Below the pieces are notes generated by a model. It saw nothing but the letters and a program-made list of their open reading frames with translations, was not told the DNA's origin and did not search any database. From positions 640,001-704,000 of the forward strand of contig OZ242274.1 in assembly GCA_965207375.1 (NCBI GenBank): DNA of 64,000 nucleotides, written 5' to 3'. Each line of letters opens with the position of its first letter. The stretch's first letter is position 1. Both the position numbers and the translations under genes were made by a program. This DNA comes from Nitrosopumilaceae archaeon. GTDB lineage: Archaea; Thermoproteota; Nitrososphaeria; Nitrososphaerales; Nitrosopumilaceae. Below, piece by piece: positions 28,972-37,656 of the stretch.

Positions 28972-30888
28972 ATGGCAAAAGTTATAGGTATAGATTTAGG
29001 CACAAGCAACTCTGCGGCAGCAGTCATGATGGGCGGCAAGCCTACGATTATTTCTGCTGCAGAGGGCGCATCTGTAGGCGGCAAGGCATTTCCATCGGTG
29101 GTTGCCTTTTCCAAGGATGGCGATCTGTTGGTTGGAGAACCTGCACGTAGACAGGCAGTTACAAACCCCGATAATACCATTATAGCTGCAAAGCGGAAAA
29201 TGGGAAGTGATTTTATCTTCAAAGTACAAGATAAAGACTACAAACCGCAGCAGATTTCTGCATTCATTTTACAGAAAATTAAAAAAGATGCAGAAGCTTT
29301 TACCGGAGACAAGGTAGAAAAGGCAGTAATTACGGTTCCTGCCTATTTTGATGATAACCAAAGACAGGCAACAAAGGATGCAGGAACAATTGCAGGCCTT
29401 GACGTAGTGAGAATAATTAACGAGCCTACTGCTGCATCATTGGCATTTGGCCTTGATAAATCAAAGCAGGACATGAAAATCATGGTTTTTGATTTTGGCG
29501 GCGGCACCTTAGATGTTACAATCATGGAAATGGGAGGAGGCGTTTTTGAGGTAATGAGTACATCTGGAGACACGCAACTAGGAGGCACCGACATGGACAA
29601 GGTTCTCATTGACTATATTGTAGATGAATTCAAGAAAAAGGAGGGCAACGATCTTTCACATGACTCTACTGCCATGACAAGAATCAGGGAATCTGCAGAA
29701 AAGGCCAAAATTGAATTATCAACTGTTATGGAAACTGACATCAACCTGCCTTTCATTGCACATGATCCCTCATCTGGACCAAAAAATTTGGAATTACGAT
29801 TTACTAGAGCAAAGCTTGAAGAACTAATCGGGCCCGTAGTGAACAAGTGTAAATCCTCAATTGATAAGTCACTGCAGGATGCAAAACTTTCCCCCTCAGA
29901 TATTACCAAAATCGTTCTAGTTGGAGGCCCTACAAGGATTCCTTTGGTTAAGAAATTTGTAAGTGAGGTTTTGGGAAAAGATGCCGAATCTGGAGTAGAT
30001 CCAATGGAGGCAGTAGCAATGGGTGCAGCAATCCAGGCAGGAATTATCGCAGGCGACATTGAAAGCGATATCGTTCTTCTTGATGTAACTCCTTTGACCT
30101 TGGGAATTGAAACACTTGGAGGCGTCAGAGAGCCATTAATTGAAAGAAACACGACAATTCCAACATCCAAAAGCAAAACATTTACGACTGCTGCAGATAA
30201 CCAGACCGCAGTTACCATACATGTGGTTCAAGGCGAACGGCCCATGTCTGCAGACAATGTATCACTTGGAAGCTTTAATTTAACCGATCTGCCGCCTGCC
30301 CCCCGCGGTGTACCTCAAATCGAGGTCAAGTTTGATATTGATGCAAATGGAATAATCAACGTTACTGCAAAGGATCTTGGTACACAAAAGGAGGCAAAAA
30401 TTACAATTGAATCAAACTCAAAGCTGTCACCTGATGAAATTGAAAAGCTCAAAGAGGACGCAGAAAAATTCTCCGATGATGACAAGAAGAAAATAGAGGC
30501 AATTGAGCTTAAAAACGAGGCAGAAAGTTATATCTATACTACTGAAAAACTCATCACACAGGATCTAAAGGACAAAATATCTCAAGAACAGGGAATCAAA
30601 GTTACTGATGCAATCAAAGAGGTAAGAGAGGTAATAGACCAAGGTGCAGATCAATTAAGGCCAAAGTTAGAGGCTCTTAAAACTCTGGTCAATGAGATAA
30701 CTGTCGAACTATACAAGAATATGCCCCCTCCGGGTGCAGCACAGGGAAATACTGATGAGCCAAACCCACAGGGAAATACTGATGAGCCAAACCCACAGGG
30801 AAATACTGATGAGCCAAACCCACAGGATCAAAATGATGGTGCTCAGCAAACAGATTCCAAATCTGATGATTCTACCAAGGCAAATTAG
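28972..30888 (+). CDS. dnaK: Chaperone DnaK (Hsp70)
   Basis: [38 protein letters not shown]. Confidence 0.98.
   Translation: MAKVIGIDLGTSNSAAAVMMGGKPTIISAAEGASVGGKAFPSVVAFSKDGDLLVGEPARRQAVTNPDNTIIAAKRKMGSDFIFKVQDKDYKPQQISAFILQKIKKDAEAFTGDKVEKAVITVPAYFDDNQRQATKDAGTIAGLDVVRIINEPTAASLAFGLDKSKQDMKIMVFDFGGGTLDVTIMEMGGGVFEVMSTSGDTQLGGTDMDKVLIDYIVDEFKKKEGNDLSHDSTAMTRIRESAEKAKIELSTVMETDINLPFIAHDPSSGPKNLELRFTRAKLEELIGPVVNKCKSSIDKSLQDAKLSPSDITKIVLVGGPTRIPLVKKFVSEVLGKDAESGVDPMEAVAMGAAIQAGIIAGDIESDIVLLDVTPLTLGIETLGGVREPLIERNTTIPTSKSKTFTTAADNQTAVTIHVVQGERPMSADNVSLGSFNLTDLPPAPRGVPQIEVKFDIDANGIINVTAKDLGTQKEAKITIESNSKLSPDEIEKLKEDAEKFSDDDKKKIEAIELKNEAESYIYTTEKLITQDLKDKISQEQGIKVTDAIKEVREVIDQGADQLRPKLEALKTLVNEITVELYKNMPPPGAAQGNTDEPNPQGNTDEPNPQGNTDEPNPQDQNDGAQQTDSKSDDSTKAN
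30740..30826 (+). repeat. In-frame 27-bp tandem repeat x3.2 in dnaK tail (QGNTDEPNP)
   Basis: CACAGGGAAATACTGATGAGCCAAACC at 30740, 30767 and 30794, all identical. Confidence 0.97.
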
Positions 30889-30914
30889 GAATATACTTTT
30901 CCTAGGTACTAAAA

Positions 30915-32000
30915 ATGAGTTCTAAACGAGATTATTATGAGGTACTAGGCGTTGATAAAAACTCGTCTCCTGCTGACATCAAGGCGCAATACCGCAAGCT
31001 GGCTCTAAAGTTTCACCCTGATCGAAACAAGTCTGCAGAGGCAGGAGAACACTTTAAGGAAATTTCAGAGGCATACGCTGTCTTATCGGATCAACAAAAG
31101 CGTCAGACCTATGATCAACATGGACACCAGGGTATAGACGGTAGATACAGTCAGGAGGATATTTTCCAGGGAGGAAATTTCAACTTTAATGATCTCTTTG
31201 GCGGCTCAGGCGGTGGCTTTGATTCAATTTTTGAAAATCTTTTTGGCAGTAGAGACGGATATGGTGGCTCCAGTCGGGGACGCGGTGCAGATTTGCTTTA
31301 CGAAACGCAGATAACATTAGAAGATGTCTTGCATGGAAAAAAATTGGAGATAGACGTTAAAAACAACATCAAATGTGAAATGTGTGGCGGACAAGGGTGC
31401 AGACCAGGAACATCCAAAACTCGATGCTCTTCATGTAACGGTCAGGGCCAGGTCCGTCAACAACGTAAAATGGGATTTGCATCATTTGTTACTGTTGTTC
31501 CATGTAACAGTTGTCGCGGTCAGGGTATGATGATCACCGATCCGTGTCCGTCCTGCAAGGGACAGGGCAAGACAAAGGGAAGCAAACATCTAAGCTTTGA
31601 GATTCCTGCAGGCACGCAAACAGGTGACTATACAATTCCAAACGAAGGCGAATATGTGCCAGATGGTACAAGCGGTGATCTTATTGTCAGAGTACATGTT
31701 TTGCCGCACAGTAAATTCAAACATGACGGAGTGGATATGTTTTATGATCAGGACATTACCATTGTAGATGCTGCACTGGGAATAGAAACCATGATTCCTA
31801 CATTGGATGGAAATGAAAAAATCAGAATTGATGAGGGCACACAGCCCAATGATATTAAGAAATTAAGGGGCAAGGGATTGCCGTATCCTAACTCAAACAG
31901 ACGAGGTGATCTTTTTGTTCGAATGGTGGTCCATGTTCCCAAAAAATTAAGTAGGGAACAAAAAACAAAACTGCAAGAATTTGAAAAAACATTTGACTGA
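30915..32000 (+). CDS. dnaJ: Chaperone DnaJ
   Basis: J domain HPD, G/F region, four CxxCxGxG repeats. Confidence 0.97.
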   Translation: MSSKRDYYEVLGVDKNSSPADIKAQYRKLALKFHPDRNKSAEAGEHFKEISEAYAVLSDQQKRQTYDQHGHQGIDGRYSQEDIFQGGNFNFNDLFGGSGGGFDSIFENLFGSRDGYGGSSRGRGADLLYETQITLEDVLHGKKLEIDVKNNIKCEMCGGQGCRPGTSKTRCSSCNGQGQVRQQRKMGFASFVTVVPCNSCRGQGMMITDPCPSCKGQGKTKGSKHLSFEIPAGTQTGDYTIPNEGEYVPDGTSGDLIVRVHVLPHSKFKHDGVDMFYDQDITIVDAALGIETMIPTLDGNEKIRIDEGTQPNDIKKLRGKGLPYPNSNRRGDLFVRMVVHVPKKLSREQKTKLQEFEKTFD

Positions 32001-32164
32001 AATTGCCCTGACTTGGAGTTTCCTGTCTACAATTGACGGCACATTTTTCTAAATTATGATCCGTGAAACGATGTGTCCTCTGTAAAATCTCCAAGACAAT
32101 TATCTTAGTTCTCTGATGTGTCATTTTTTGATCTCAGGTATCGTATCTATTTAATTTGAGAAGC

Positions 32165-32332
32165 TTAGTTGGATTTTTTCATGATGCGAATCTCTACATG
32201 GTGTCCCTCTTTTACATGAACTGAATGGCTTGTTTTTAAAAGATCACCAATTTTATCCTCGGTGTAAAATTTGCAATTATATCTACCAAGAACCTTTTTA
32301 CAATTTCTGCAATAAATTTCGCTGTAATTCAA
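32165..32332 (-). CDS. Small putative Zn-binding protein (55 aa)
   Basis: Manual translation MNYSEIYCRNCKKVLGRYNCKFYTEDKIGDLLKTSHSVHVKEGHHVEIRIMKKSN (CxxC..HxxxxH), TTG start. Confidence 0.6.
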   Translation of the reverse strand: MNYSEIYCRNCKKVLGRYNCKFYTEDKIGDLLKTSHSVHVKEGHHVEIRIMKKSN

Positions 32333-32406
32333 TACACAAGTTAAATCAGAGCCGTATTTGTATCAATCAATAAAGAAACTTATTCTGGACATTGAATTTT
32401 AAAGAT

Positions 32407-32491
32407 GCGGGAGTCGCCCAGCCTGGTCAACGGCGTAAGGTTCAGGTCCTTATCTTTTAGGAGTTCGTGGGTTCAAATCCCACCTTCCGCA
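32407..32491 (+). tRNA. tRNA-Leu(CAG)
   Basis: GCGGGAG acceptor, TAAGG-TTCAGGT-CCTTA anticodon arm, long variable arm, GTGGG-TTCAAAT-CCCAC. Confidence 0.96.
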
Positions 32492-32525
32492 TTATACAAT
32501 ATTACGCCGGGGATTTGAGAATCTT

Positions 32526-32846
32526 TTACTGATGACTTGGAAAATTAGTTAGTTTGAATGATGCAAGATCCTGATAAATAAGACGCAAGCATTGAATGTA
32601 TTTTCCTCTTAGAATTTTGGTATTTTTTGGTTTGATTTTCTTTGCCTTGGCAGTAGCATTTCCCATGAGATATCCTTTGTGAGATTTTTTAAACCTGGGG
32701 ATGTCTAATTCACTGTCTCCAACCAATACAATTTCATCATAACTTCCTAATTTTAGGCGATTTGACAGATCGGTCAAGGCAGATCGCTTGTCAATCCCCT
32801 GTTGTGTGATGTGGTAGGCATTTTGACTTTTTAAGATAGATATTTT
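32526..32846 (-). pseudogene. C-terminal fragment of a Cof-type HAD hydrolase, truncated by a MITE
   Basis: GIDKRSAL, VGDSELDI, MGNA motifs only; 5' part replaced by the element at 32847. Confidence 0.7.
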
Positions 32847-33025
32847 GTACTTGTTCACGTAGTGGAGTTGATTTGTACTTATGATGACATAATGATTGAA
32901 AAATTAGGTATGAGACAAACGTACACACTCAGGTCATAGATTTTTCAGGCATAAAATTTTCAAGTAGATTCAAAAATTAGGCATGAAGTTGGTGGCGACC
33001 TGAGTTTGTACAGACAAACAAGTAC
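32847..33025. mobile_element. Compound MITE (GTACTTGTT..AACAAGTAC), related to 62346-62425
   Basis: 9-bp TIR; shares GTACTTGTTCACG and GATTGAAAAATTAGGTAT with the reverse complement of 62346-62425. Confidence 0.7.
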
Positions 33026-33070
33026 AATTCTTATAGACTTGTTCACAATACAACACACAAGAGTAAGACA

Positions 33071-33814
33071 TTGTATTATCTATATATTGATGAGAGTGGT
33101 GATCCAGGAAATTATTTAGACAAAAACGAACAAAAAATCAAAGGAAGCTCAAGATTTTTTACACTAGCTGGAATTATTGTTAACGAAGAACAAAAAGAGA
33201 AGCTAAATAAAATAATTAAAGATATAATTGGAAAATACTTTAAACAAATACAATTACCAAATAAGTTCAAACTGCATTACTATCCATTAAGAAATGCAAA
33301 ACAACCATACGATAAGATATCGTATATGCATAGAAACAATCTGGTCAATGATGTGTTTGATGTCATTAAAGGACAAGAATGCTTTCTATTATCAGTTACA
33401 ATAGACTTGATGCAACATTGCAAAAAATATGACATGCTAGTGGATCCAAAATCTTATGCGATGTTAATAATGCTAGAAAGATTTCAATATTTTTTAGAAG
33501 AACAAGAAAAAGAAGGAATTGTAATTTATGAGAGATTTAATAAGAAAACAAGAAAAAAAGTAGAACGTACAATTAAAAAATTGCAAAAGATGTTACGATA
33601 TCAACATTATAAGGAATTAAAAAGTGTTAGAGGTCATGTAAAAAATGGCGATCCACAAAAAGAACCAATATTGCAGATATCTGATTTTTTTGCATATGCT
33701 GTGTGGGGGAGTCATACAGGAAGCAGGGATGTTAAAAATAGAATAAAATCAATACAACACAAATATTATAATTTGAATAAAGGTGGACACAAGTCAGGAA
33801 ATGTAATAATTTAG
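33071..33814 (+). CDS. DUF3800-family protein (RNase H-like fold)
   Basis: N-terminal LYIDESG, C-terminal LQISDFFAYA; AT-rich, accessory context after tRNA-Leu. Confidence 0.88.
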   Translation: MYYLYIDESGDPGNYLDKNEQKIKGSSRFFTLAGIIVNEEQKEKLNKIIKDIIGKYFKQIQLPNKFKLHYYPLRNAKQPYDKISYMHRNNLVNDVFDVIKGQECFLLSVTIDLMQHCKKYDMLVDPKSYAMLIMLERFQYFLEEQEKEGIVIYERFNKKTRKKVERTIKKLQKMLRYQHYKELKSVRGHVKNGDPQKEPILQISDFFAYAVWGSHTGSRDVKNRIKSIQHKYYNLNKGGHKSGNVII

Positions 33815-33874
33815 ATGTGATTCCTGAGATCTCTTACGAGTCTCATAGCTAGCATAACACCAGCAAAACCACAT
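33815..33874 (-). ncRNA. Candidate DUF3800-associated three-stem structured RNA, convergent with the DUF3800 gene
   Basis: Minus strand ATGTGGTT-TT-GCTGG-TGTTATG-CTAGC-TA-TGAGA-CTC-GTAA-GAG-A-TCTCA-GG-AATCACAT; G-U pairs and GNRA loop only on this strand. Confidence 0.62.
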
Positions 33875-33893
33875 AATTTATAGAAATTAAAAT

Positions 33894-33908
33894 TTTTTAA
33901 ACCTTTGG
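33894..33908 (-). promoter_or_regulatory. BRE-TATA-like promoter for the candidate RNA
   Basis: Minus strand CCAAAGG-TTTAAAAA with first T 27 nt upstream of the predicted RNA 5' end. Confidence 0.5.
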
Positions 33909-33912
33909 ATTT

Positions 33913-33999
33913 AGGTAGTTAATGACATAATTCTGACAAAACTATGAAAAACATGATAATTTTTTGTGCCTAACATTTGGGTTATGCCACTAACTATCT
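33913..33999. mobile_element. Putative MITE, 87 bp
   Basis: Ends AGGTAGTTAATGACATAA and (reverse complement) AGATAGTTAGTGGCATAA, 15/18 match. Confidence 0.5.
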
Positions 34000-34154
34000 T
34001 CCAATACTGTAATCTCCTTTCTTTATATCATGGATAATTCACATTACGGTACATTCAAAAAAATACCCATTATGCAAAATACGCATGATTTTAGGGACAC
34101 AAATCTGTATTTTTTTATAAACAACTTTAAAAACTATACACACCCATAAATTGC

Positions 34155-34406
34155 ATGGGATTTATCGGTGGCAGAGGAACTGCAAGACGACCAATTAAAG
34201 AACTCAAAAAAAGTCCGGTTTCAGGAGATGCATACAAAGAATACCAAAAAAAGGTCAAAGATGCCGCAAAAGACACCTATGTTACACTAGGCCGCGGCAC
34301 CAAGAAAATCAAATTTGGTGATCTCAAAGAAGGTTCAGGCACATCTTCTGCAAAAGGCAGATATGTTTCAATGGGCCGCGGAACCGGAAGACGAAAAGTA
34401 GAGTAA
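34155..34406 (+). CDS. Small basic conserved hypothetical protein
   Basis: 83 aa, K/R/G-rich with internal repeat YVTLGRGT / YVSMGRGT; TTTAAAA box upstream and T-rich terminator downstream. Confidence 0.75.
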   Translation: MGFIGGRGTARRPIKELKKSPVSGDAYKEYQKKVKDAAKDTYVTLGRGTKKIKFGDLKEGSGTSSAKGRYVSMGRGTGRRKVE

Positions 34407-34429
34407 TTTTTCACCTTTCTTAATTTTTC

Positions 34430-36319
34430 TTATAATAATTTTTGAATCTTTTCTTGTAATTTTTTATTTATTTTTTGACCAGACGTCTTTCCTCTCAATG
34501 TCTTCATTGCTATTCCCATCAGTGGCCCTGCTGCACGCTGCTTTTGTTTTATAATCACGGATTTGTTCTCATTGACTAGTTTTTCAATAATTACATCTAA
34601 CTGTTCATCTGAGAGCGAAGCTGACATGATATTTTTAACTATCTCATCTGGATTCTTACCAGCCATTATCTCTTCTAAAACAATTTCAATTGATTCCTTT
34701 GAAATTTTTCCGTCATCTAACAGGCCAAATACATCTGCAATTATTTTGCCGGTAAGAAATTTCCTTTCTCCGCCTCTTCTTTCTAAACTGGTAACTGTAG
34801 AACACAGCACAGATGCTACATAGTTTGGAGAATTTTCCGTATCGCTGCAGATTTGCTCAAAACTTTCCATATATTCTGAATCAAAAATCTGCTCTGCCAA
34901 TTGTGCATTGAGATCATATTTTGTTTCCAACTCTTGTATTGATTCGTCCCAAGATTTTGGCAAATTCTCCTGTATGTTTTTTAGCTCCTCTTTTGATACG
35001 ATAATTGGTGGCACGTCAGTTTCTGGATACATTCTTGCTGCACCTGGTCTTGGTCTGAGAAATTTTGTCTCACCCTGTTGTGTTGCTAGTCTCGTATCTG
35101 TTGGAATTCCACAGTTTCGGATATGGCTGACTCGTAAAATAATCTGATCAATAATTTTGTGCATTTTTGATGCAGGTGCAGCTAAAATCAAAAAGGCATC
35201 TTTTTCACTAATGTCTAGTCTGTGCCTTAAATTTTCTAGCTCAGCCGTCTCTATTCCGTAATTGGGCAACTCGTCAGAATGAAACACCCCGCCTATTCCA
35301 AAAAATCGCACCAATTCTGCCACCTCTCTTCCCAATCTTATGTTTTCATAAGGCAAAAATCCAAACATGCCTGCCATGTTTCTAAAGGAAATGGCAAAAA
35401 TTCTGTGATTCTTTGCAATTGCATTTTGAATAATTTTTGACCTGCACTGTGTAAAAGGTTCGGTGATGTCTAACCTATCCCTGACCTTGTCATGTGTCCA
35501 GTCTCTTTTTTTGAGCTCAGCTGAAATCCTCAACAATCCGTGCTGTCTTTTTGCCTCATATTTGATGACATTTTCTAACTGATCTAACTGCTGTACTCCC
35601 TTTACCTCAATTACAACGCCTCCGTCCTTGATGGATACATTGACATCCTGTCTGATGGAGCCTAGTCCTCTTTTTACCTTTTTTGTACTTCGTAATATCC
35701 TGCCTAATGCCAATGCAATGTCTCTTACTTTTTTTGGCTCTGTCTCAAATGGTTCTGTTGCAATTTCAACTAGCGGGACTCCTAATCTTTCTAACCCATA
35801 TTGTTTCATCTGATCCTTGTCTCCTAGTATTTTGGCTGCATCCTCTTCTAGGCATATTGACTGTACTTTGATTATATCGTTGCCTGCTTTGAAAAATCCC
35901 CCTTGAGACACCAACATGGTACGCTGAAATCCAGTTGTATTAGAGCCATCAATTACCGTCTTTCTCATTGGATAAATTTCATCAAAAACATTGGCTTTTA
36001 AGATGCCGCAAACAACTAGTGCGATATATTTTGCATCAGGATCTAGCCGGTGTGGTGGCTCCTCATCTTGCTCTACTAGACAACTGCTTTGCGGATTTGC
36101 ATAATACATTATGGTTTTTGCCTTTGTATCTTCAAATAATGCGGCAGGATCAAACTCTCCGAATTCACTCTTTGATGCACGCAACCTTCTTTGAAATTTT
36201 ATAGGATATTGGTCAGATTCTATTGGAGCACAATCACAAAACAGTTTTTTGTTAGTTGCTAGCTGCTGATGAATCTCTAGTCCGACCTTTACCCCTACAT
36301 CGCTGCTTGAAAATTCCAT
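34430..36319 (-). CDS. gatE: Glu-tRNA(Gln) amidotransferase subunit E
   Basis: GLEIHQQL, DGSNTTGFQRT, RPRPGAARMYPETD. Confidence 0.96.
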   Translation of the reverse strand: MEFSSSDVGVKVGLEIHQQLATNKKLFCDCAPIESDQYPIKFQRRLRASKSEFGEFDPAALFEDTKAKTIMYYANPQSSCLVEQDEEPPHRLDPDAKYIALVVCGILKANVFDEIYPMRKTVIDGSNTTGFQRTMLVSQGGFFKAGNDIIKVQSICLEEDAAKILGDKDQMKQYGLERLGVPLVEIATEPFETEPKKVRDIALALGRILRSTKKVKRGLGSIRQDVNVSIKDGGVVIEVKGVQQLDQLENVIKYEAKRQHGLLRISAELKKRDWTHDKVRDRLDITEPFTQCRSKIIQNAIAKNHRIFAISFRNMAGMFGFLPYENIRLGREVAELVRFFGIGGVFHSDELPNYGIETAELENLRHRLDISEKDAFLILAAPASKMHKIIDQIILRVSHIRNCGIPTDTRLATQQGETKFLRPRPGAARMYPETDVPPIIVSKEELKNIQENLPKSWDESIQELETKYDLNAQLAEQIFDSEYMESFEQICSDTENSPNYVASVLCSTVTSLERRGGERKFLTGKIIADVFGLLDDGKISKESIEIVLEEIMAGKNPDEIVKNIMSASLSDEQLDVIIEKLVNENKSVIIKQKQRAAGPLMGIAMKTLRGKTSGQKINKKLQEKIQKLL

Positions 36320-36332
36320 CAAAACATCACAC

Positions 36333-37622
36333 TCATGTTGAAAATTCTGATGCAATTTGTTTTAGCATGATTTCTTTTATCTGTTGGCAATCTTTGGCAT
36401 ATCCGGCAGCCCACATTGCCTTGACTAGTGCTGTTTCAGGTATGATATTTAATGGTGTAATTCCCAAGTTCAACAGATCTCTTCCGCTCTCGTATACTGT
36501 CATTTGTACCCTTCCCTCAATACACTGCGATGTCATCCCCATGAAAATTCCTTTCTCTTGCGCCTGTTGTATCACACCGTACATATTTTTTCCAACATGT
36601 CCTAGACCAGTACCTTCAAAAACTATTGCTTTTATTCCCGAATCAATGATTTTTTTCAAAGTATCGGGATTATATCCCGGATAATACTTTACTAGCGCAA
36701 CCTTTTCACTTAACTTTATGACGGGCTGAAACTGATTCGTTGAAAAAAACTCTGACTCTGTATTTTTGCAAATCTTATCATCAACAATTAAAAATGCCGG
36801 AATGCTGCCGATTGTTTCAAATGCGCCTCTTTTGCTGGTGTGATTTTTTCTTACACGTGTACCTATGTGACATGCTATGACTGTGTCATTTTCATTCTGA
36901 TGCATGACTACGTATACTCCGCTAGTTTTACATTTGGTAACAAACTGTACTGCACCAATGAGATTCAATGCCGCATCTGATGATGCACGATCCGAGGATC
37001 TTTGTGAACCAACTAGCGCTATGGGCAGTGCAAAACCTGCCAATGCAAATGAGAGAAACGATGATGTATAATGCATCGTATCTGTGCCATGTGCAATAAC
37101 AATTCCTGCATATTGGTCTGAATCTGAATATTTTTGGATTTCTTGTGCTATTTGCAGCCAATCTTGTGGAACTATATTTTCTGAATATTCTGCCAACAAG
37201 ACTCTAGCATCTACATCTGCAATGGCAGACAATTCAGGTATTGACATGTTTAGTTCTTGGGCAGTCAATGTAGGCGTTACTGCCCCTGTTCTATAATCTA
37301 TCTTACTTGCAATGGTTCCACCAGTAGATAACAACAGCACCTTTGGCAACCCTGCATTTTTTTTGATTTTTATTTTTTCTGGTACTGCATGCTTTGTATC
37401 TTTTACTTTTTGTACCTCTTTGATTTTTTCCAAACTGATTCCGATGTTGTATCCGCTTTTTAGCTTTATGACTATATGGGCATCATCTGCATGCTCGTAT
37501 CTTGGCATAATTATGCCCTCATATGTCAAATCTGCATGAATTTTCACAGAATCTCCCACCTTGAGCTGTTTTTGTTTTATAAATTCAAGAGATCTTTTTG
37601 TATAGCCTCTAAATTCTGACAT
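36333..37622 (-). CDS. gatD: Glu-tRNA(Gln) amidotransferase subunit D
   Basis: KLKSGYNIG, STGGTIAS, HGTDTM, GSQRSSDR. Confidence 0.96.
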   Translation of the reverse strand: MSEFRGYTKRSLEFIKQKQLKVGDSVKIHADLTYEGIIMPRYEHADDAHIVIKLKSGYNIGISLEKIKEVQKVKDTKHAVPEKIKIKKNAGLPKVLLLSTGGTIASKIDYRTGAVTPTLTAQELNMSIPELSAIADVDARVLLAEYSENIVPQDWLQIAQEIQKYSDSDQYAGIVIAHGTDTMHYTSSFLSFALAGFALPIALVGSQRSSDRASSDAALNLIGAVQFVTKCKTSGVYVVMHQNENDTVIACHIGTRVRKNHTSKRGAFETIGSIPAFLIVDDKICKNTESEFFSTNQFQPVIKLSEKVALVKYYPGYNPDTLKKIIDSGIKAIVFEGTGLGHVGKNMYGVIQQAQEKGIFMGMTSQCIEGRVQMTVYESGRDLLNLGITPLNIIPETALVKAMWAAGYAKDCQQIKEIMLKQIASEFST

Positions 37623-37656
37623 TTCTGTGATTGTGTAATTGTCTATTTTATAAAAA

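Noticed and set aside
30740-30826. dnaK repeat as a CRISPR array or hammerhead ribozyme (contains CTGATGA..GAAA)
   Set aside because: The units are contiguous with no spacers and are in frame within dnaK. The bases closing would-be stem II (G and G) do not pair, and there are no stems I/III.
32407-34000. Site-specific integrated element at tRNA-Leu
   Set aside because: No duplicated tRNA 3' end (att) or integrase found; treated only as an accessory patch.
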